Source: Candidatus Latescibacterota bacterium (GTDB lineage: Bacteria; Latescibacterota; UBA2968; UBA8231). Taken from it: a stretch of 64,000 nt of DNA. The stretch is taken from contig OZ253462.1 in NCBI GenBank assembly GCA_965261395.1, positions 2,784,001 to 2,848,000 on the forward strand, read 5' to 3'. A model generated the notes under the pieces. The model worked only from the letters and a program-made list of their open reading frames with translations. It did not search any database and had not been told where the DNA came from. The position numbers were made by a program, and so were the translations under genes. Within the stretch, counting starts at the first letter, position 1; every line of letters starts with the position of its first letter. Shown piece by piece: positions 60,237-64,000 of this stretch.

Positions 60237-62201
60237 ATGCGACATGCGTTTGCCCTTGCATTAATGCTAAGCGGTCTGTCGGCGCGTTCATGGGCGGTAG
60301 ATGAGTTTCGCCTCGGCGGCACGGAGCCGTGGGCGACGTGGACCGGGCAACTGCGGATGATAGACGACGTTACCGACCCATCCGTACTCCAGCCGCGCGA
60401 ACTCAAACCCGGCGAAAACTTGCTCCCCCAATTAGGGCCTTGGTATCGCTGGCGATCCCCCGGAGAATCCACCTATCGCCTAGGCGATGCCCGCATCTGG
60501 CGCGGGATCAACTACCTCCGCCCACGCGCCGAGCCACGCGACTTTGTCGATGGCGACCTCACGACCTTCTTTGCGGCGCAAACCTACTCCGAGTCCAACG
60601 AATTCTACACCATTGACCTCGGCGTGCCCGTGCCGGTGGATCGCTTTGCGTTCTATCCACCCGAGGGGCGGGACGCGTTCACCCAAGAGCCGTATCGCCC
60701 CAACTTCGCCTTTGCCAAATACGAACTCTCCGGCAGCCTCGATCCAGCCGGCGTCGCCAAGGAAGAGGGCACCCACTACCGGCCCTTGGACATCCTGCTA
60801 TCTAGCATCGATCTGAACACCGAAGCCGTCGTACATATCGAGTTCCCGCTGCAATACCTGCGCTTTCTGCGCATCTACTTCTTCCCAGACATCGGCTGGT
60901 TCTACAACAAGTTCGCCTTGGCTGAGCTAGAGGTGTCCGGCCGGGGATTCCCGCCGCAAGCCGTGTGGACGTCGCAAGTAATCGATTTAGGGCAAACGGT
61001 CAACATCGGGCACGTGCGCTTTGGCGCGAGCAAGTGGCGGCGCGCAGACGACCAAATCGCCGCCGCGCCCGCCGCGCCAACATCCGCGCAAGTAGAAATC
61101 AAGACCGGCCTAGACCCCACACCCACCGGCTATCACGGGTACGACGACATCGGCCAACTCGTGGAAGTAACGCAAAGCGCATACGAACGGCTCAAGCAGC
61201 GCACTTGGCCCTGGGATCCCCTGGCCGTGGGCTGGCGCGGCCCCATTATTGACGACGCGGACAACTGGAGCTTTTGGTCGCCGCCACTGCGCCATTCCGG
61301 CGAGCTACCACGGGTACCGAGCGGCCGCTACCTGCAGCTGCGCCTGACGCTGGAGACCGAAACGCTGTGGGATTTTACGCGCTTGGATTCGCTGGTAATT
61401 GAGCATTCTCCGCTGCTAGCCGAACGAGTGGTGGGCGAGGTAGCCGCGGCCAGCGACCTACAGCCCATAGGCCACATCGCCGAGGTACCGGCCGGGCAAA
61501 AGATCGAGTTAGTCTGCGACCTGCGGGCCGAATTCGCGGCGGAGCAGGCCGGTTTTGACGCGGTGCGCCTGACCCTGCCCAGCGCGGGTGCCCTACTCGG
61601 CTTGGAGATGGGCGATCCCCCGCAGCCGGTGACTGCCGACAGCTTAATCGCCGAACCCGAGGGCCTAGCGATCTACTTGCCCGAACCCATCCGCGACGGG
61701 GGGGCGCAAACGCTGCGCTTGCATTTGGAAACCATCATGTACACGGCTTCGGGCACCGTGCAAGCCGAGGTGTTCACACGCGCTGGACAGAGTCTGCCGC
61801 AGCAAGTGGAAGGGGGCGACGCCAGCGACGCTTTGGGCACGGATCAACTGCGCATGGTCGCCAGCGGGCGGGCATTGGATGAGGTGTTGGGAGCGATAGA
61901 GGTGCGACCGACCGCGTTCACCCCTCAGGGCGACGGCATCAACGACCACGTAACGATCCAGTACGCCTTATTCCGCTTGCTAGCCGCCGCCGAAGTAGAG
62001 CTGGAAATCTACGCGCTCGACGGCCGCTCCACGTGGCGGCAAACCCTCGGTGCACAGCTCAACGGCCGCCATCAAGCGATGTGGAACGGGCGCGACGAGC
62101 AGGAGCAACTCGTCGCGCCCGGAATATACGTCGTGCAAGTGCGCGCCCAAACCGACCAAGGGCAATGGACGCAGGAACACAGCTTCGCCGTGGTCTATTA
62201 A
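60237..62201 (+). CDS. Secreted protein with C-terminal FlgD-Ig domain (paralog of 54348-56651)
   Basis: Signal peptide; DGDLTT..IDLG, SQVIDLG, NWSFWS, RYLQLR, TPQGDGIND...WNGRD...PGIY. Confidence 0.78.
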   Translation: MRHAFALALMLSGLSARSWAVDEFRLGGTEPWATWTGQLRMIDDVTDPSVLQPRELKPGENLLPQLGPWYRWRSPGESTYRLGDARIWRGINYLRPRAEPRDFVDGDLTTFFAAQTYSESNEFYTIDLGVPVPVDRFAFYPPEGRDAFTQEPYRPNFAFAKYELSGSLDPAGVAKEEGTHYRPLDILLSSIDLNTEAVVHIEFPLQYLRFLRIYFFPDIGWFYNKFALAELEVSGRGFPPQAVWTSQVIDLGQTVNIGHVRFGASKWRRADDQIAAAPAAPTSAQVEIKTGLDPTPTGYHGYDDIGQLVEVTQSAYERLKQRTWPWDPLAVGWRGPIIDDADNWSFWSPPLRHSGELPRVPSGRYLQLRLTLETETLWDFTRLDSLVIEHSPLLAERVVGEVAAASDLQPIGHIAEVPAGQKIELVCDLRAEFAAEQAGFDAVRLTLPSAGALLGLEMGDPPQPVTADSLIAEPEGLAIYLPEPIRDGGAQTLRLHLETIMYTASGTVQAEVFTRAGQSLPQQVEGGDASDALGTDQLRMVASGRALDEVLGAIEVRPTAFTPQGDGINDHVTIQYALFRLLAAAEVELEIYALDGRSTWRQTLGAQLNGRHQAMWNGRDEQEQLVAPGIYVVQVRAQTDQGQWTQEHSFAVVY

Positions 62202-62485
62202 AAAAGCCCCTGATTGCTCAGGGGCTTGTAGCGGATGGCGACCGCCACGCGGCGCACCATGTGGGCGATGCGGCCGGCCAGCTCGTCGGGCAGCGTGTAG
62301 ACGTTCTCAATGTGTGCCAGCGGGATCACCAGCGCCTTGCCGGGGTTGGCTGGGTTCCAGTGCAGTGCAATCTGCACCAGAACATACTCGTTGCGCCACG
62401 CCGTAAACTCGGATTCCGCGCCGCCTGCTATTGTGCAGAACGGGCAGCGGTAACCGGCCGGCTCGTGCGAAGGTAGCTCAACCAT
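62198..62485 (-). pseudogene. HIT family protein, 3'-truncated
   Basis: YRCPFC...NPGKALVIPLAHIEN present, but the frame runs into the terminator before any HxHxH triad. Confidence 0.65.
62201..62228. terminator. Rho-independent terminator
   Basis: aaaaa-agcccctga-ttgc-tcaggggct; poly-T tail on the minus strand. Confidence 0.8.
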
Positions 62486-62524
62486 AACGGCATGGATTTC
62501 CAGAGGCGGGGCCACCAAATTCGC

Positions 62525-63475
62525 TTACCATACAAACACCGTCCCCAACAGTTCATTGGGCGTATCCCGCAGTGTGTCATAGATGTGCTTGGCTTCGCTT
62601 ACCGGGACGACATCGCGGATTAAGGGTGCAATCTTCACCAATCCTCGATCGACCAGACGACACAGATTCTGCAGGTCATCGCGATCAAAATGACTGTTTT
62701 GTTTTAGCTGGATCTCGCGTCCCTGACCGAGATTAAAGGTATAGGTCACTTTGTCCCGTCCAGCGATGAATACAACCCTGCCGCGCTGGCGCACAGCACT
62801 GATAAGTTGATCCTCCATGCCCGGGACGCCGGCAAAGTCAATCACCGCATCAAACGTCCCGTCAGCGATCTCTTTTTCCCATCTGTCCCCTGCAACATTC
62901 AGCACGGTTTCAGCCGCACCAATCTGCTCGGCAATTTCCAGCCGATTGGCATTGATGTCGCAAAGCGTGGTGCGCGCTCCCATGCTAGTAGCAATTTGGG
63001 CGGCGACCTGACCGATGATGCCAGCCCCCACGATCAACACCCGTTCTCCCATCTGCAACTCGGCGTTGCGACAGGTGCGCATGGCGACACTGGTCATCCC
63101 AAAAAGCGCCGCCTCCTTGCGGTCAATCAAGTCAGGCAGCTTGATGAGCAAGCCATCTTCTGGCATCACGACGTACTCTGCGTGGACGGCACTCATGTAC
63201 AGCACATCCCCAATCTGTAGTTCGCTGACATCGGGCCCTACCGCAATCACCCGTCCCACATTTTGGTAGCCGCCTCCACCGGTGGGCAGTTGTTCATCTT
63301 TGGGAGCGTAGTTGCCGCCAATCAGTTGATTGCGTTCCGTGCCGTTTGTTATCCCAGAGTAGATCGTCTCGGTTTTGACTTCGTTGCCGGTTGGTCCCTC
63401 CGGCTCAGGCCAATCGTGGACCGGGACTTTCTGCCTTCTCTTATCAGGTAAGCCTTGAATACTCAACGTCCGCAT
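62525..63475 (-). CDS. Zinc-binding (MDR) dehydrogenase family protein
   Basis: SGITNGTE, GYQNVGRV, VLIVGAGIIG. Confidence 0.85.
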   Translation of the reverse strand: MRTLSIQGLPDKRRQKVPVHDWPEPEGPTGNEVKTETIYSGITNGTERNQLIGGNYAPKDEQLPTGGGGYQNVGRVIAVGPDVSELQIGDVLYMSAVHAEYVVMPEDGLLIKLPDLIDRKEAALFGMTSVAMRTCRNAELQMGERVLIVGAGIIGQVAAQIATSMGARTTLCDINANRLEIAEQIGAAETVLNVAGDRWEKEIADGTFDAVIDFAGVPGMEDQLISAVRQRGRVVFIAGRDKVTYTFNLGQGREIQLKQNSHFDRDDLQNLCRLVDRGLVKIAPLIRDVVPVSEAKHIYDTLRDTPNELLGTVFVW

Positions 63476-63489
63476 GGACCCTTTCCTCC

Positions 63490-63999
63490 CTAGATCCTTC
63501 CCGCCAACCACTGAATTCCCTGCGAGATAACCGTGCGAAAATTTGAGTCAGCAAAAACCTGATTGTCGTGACCGGACTGACAACAAAACACGCGAGCGTT
63601 CTTGTACTGTCGAGTCCACGCCAGCGTCTTCATGCTATCGGGGTGATCAGTGGTCAACAACAAGTCACTGTCGTCCCCCGGATCCGCCATGAGATAAGTC
63701 TCATCCACCATTTCCCACGGAGCCAATCCCCGGAGGATCGGGTGCTGCGAATCCACGATGTCAACATGCAGGTTTTGGTCAACCTTGAAACCGAAACTGC
63801 GATCTTGAATGCCGCACAGCTCCGACCACAATGGCCACTGCGGAAACGCGAGGATGGCATGGTGCAGCACCAATATACCCGCTTGATTTTCACCGAGTTG
63901 TTCAATGGCTTCCCTGACTCTCCCTTCATCGGGCGTCTGCCGATGAAAGTTATAGAATGCGAGGACATCATACTGCGCTCGGACTTTGCCAGCATCTGC
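63490..63999 (-). CDS. ThuA-like (class I GATase-like) domain protein, 5' end outside the window
   Basis: Open frame from the window edge: YDVLAFY..GILVLHH, HPILRG..DETY, AWTRQYKNARVF..GHD. Confidence 0.8.
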   Translation of the reverse strand, partial: ADAGKVRAQYDVLAFYNFHRQTPDEGRVREAIEQLGENQAGILVLHHAILAFPQWPLWSELCGIQDRSFGFKVDQNLHVDIVDSQHPILRGLAPWEMVDETYLMADPGDDSDLLLTTDHPDSMKTLAWTRQYKNARVFCCQSGHDNQVFADSNFRTVISQGIQWLAGRI

Positions 64000-64000
64000 C

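Noticed and set aside
63654-63995. Separate ORF or frameshift in the ThuA-like gene
   Set aside because: The ThuA frame is open to the window edge, so this ORF is a shadow

Overview
A GC-rich bacterial window dominated by catabolic genes: three enolase-superfamily enzymes, two sulfatases, three PhyH-family dioxygenases, two Gfo/Idh/MocA oxidoreductases, GH5 and beta-propeller hydrolases, and SSS and MFS transporters. Four secreted proteins end in FlgD-Ig/T9SS-A-like domains. This gene content resembles Latescibacterota/Poribacteria-type organisms (inference only). Three accessory defence blocks are interspersed. (i) 9.5-14.1 kb: a HExxH protein, a frameshifted Type ISP/IIG restriction-modification (RM) gene and a PIN toxin with a small partner. 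(ii) 31.8-39.6 kb: an apparently intact, translationally coupled three-gene operon encoding a HamA-like PD-(D/E)xK nuclease, a SNF2 helicase with an extra HamB-like helical N-terminus, and a sacsin-like GHKL ATPase with a C-terminal HNH-like Zn finger. This is the best candidate for an undescribed system. (iii) 42.5-52.1 kb: a decaying Type I RM locus carrying yhcG, vapBC, an AlbA/RecG-like remnant and a HIRAN gene. I saw no rRNA, tRNA, CRISPR array, integrase or transposase. All family assignments come from motif recognition, not database searches.
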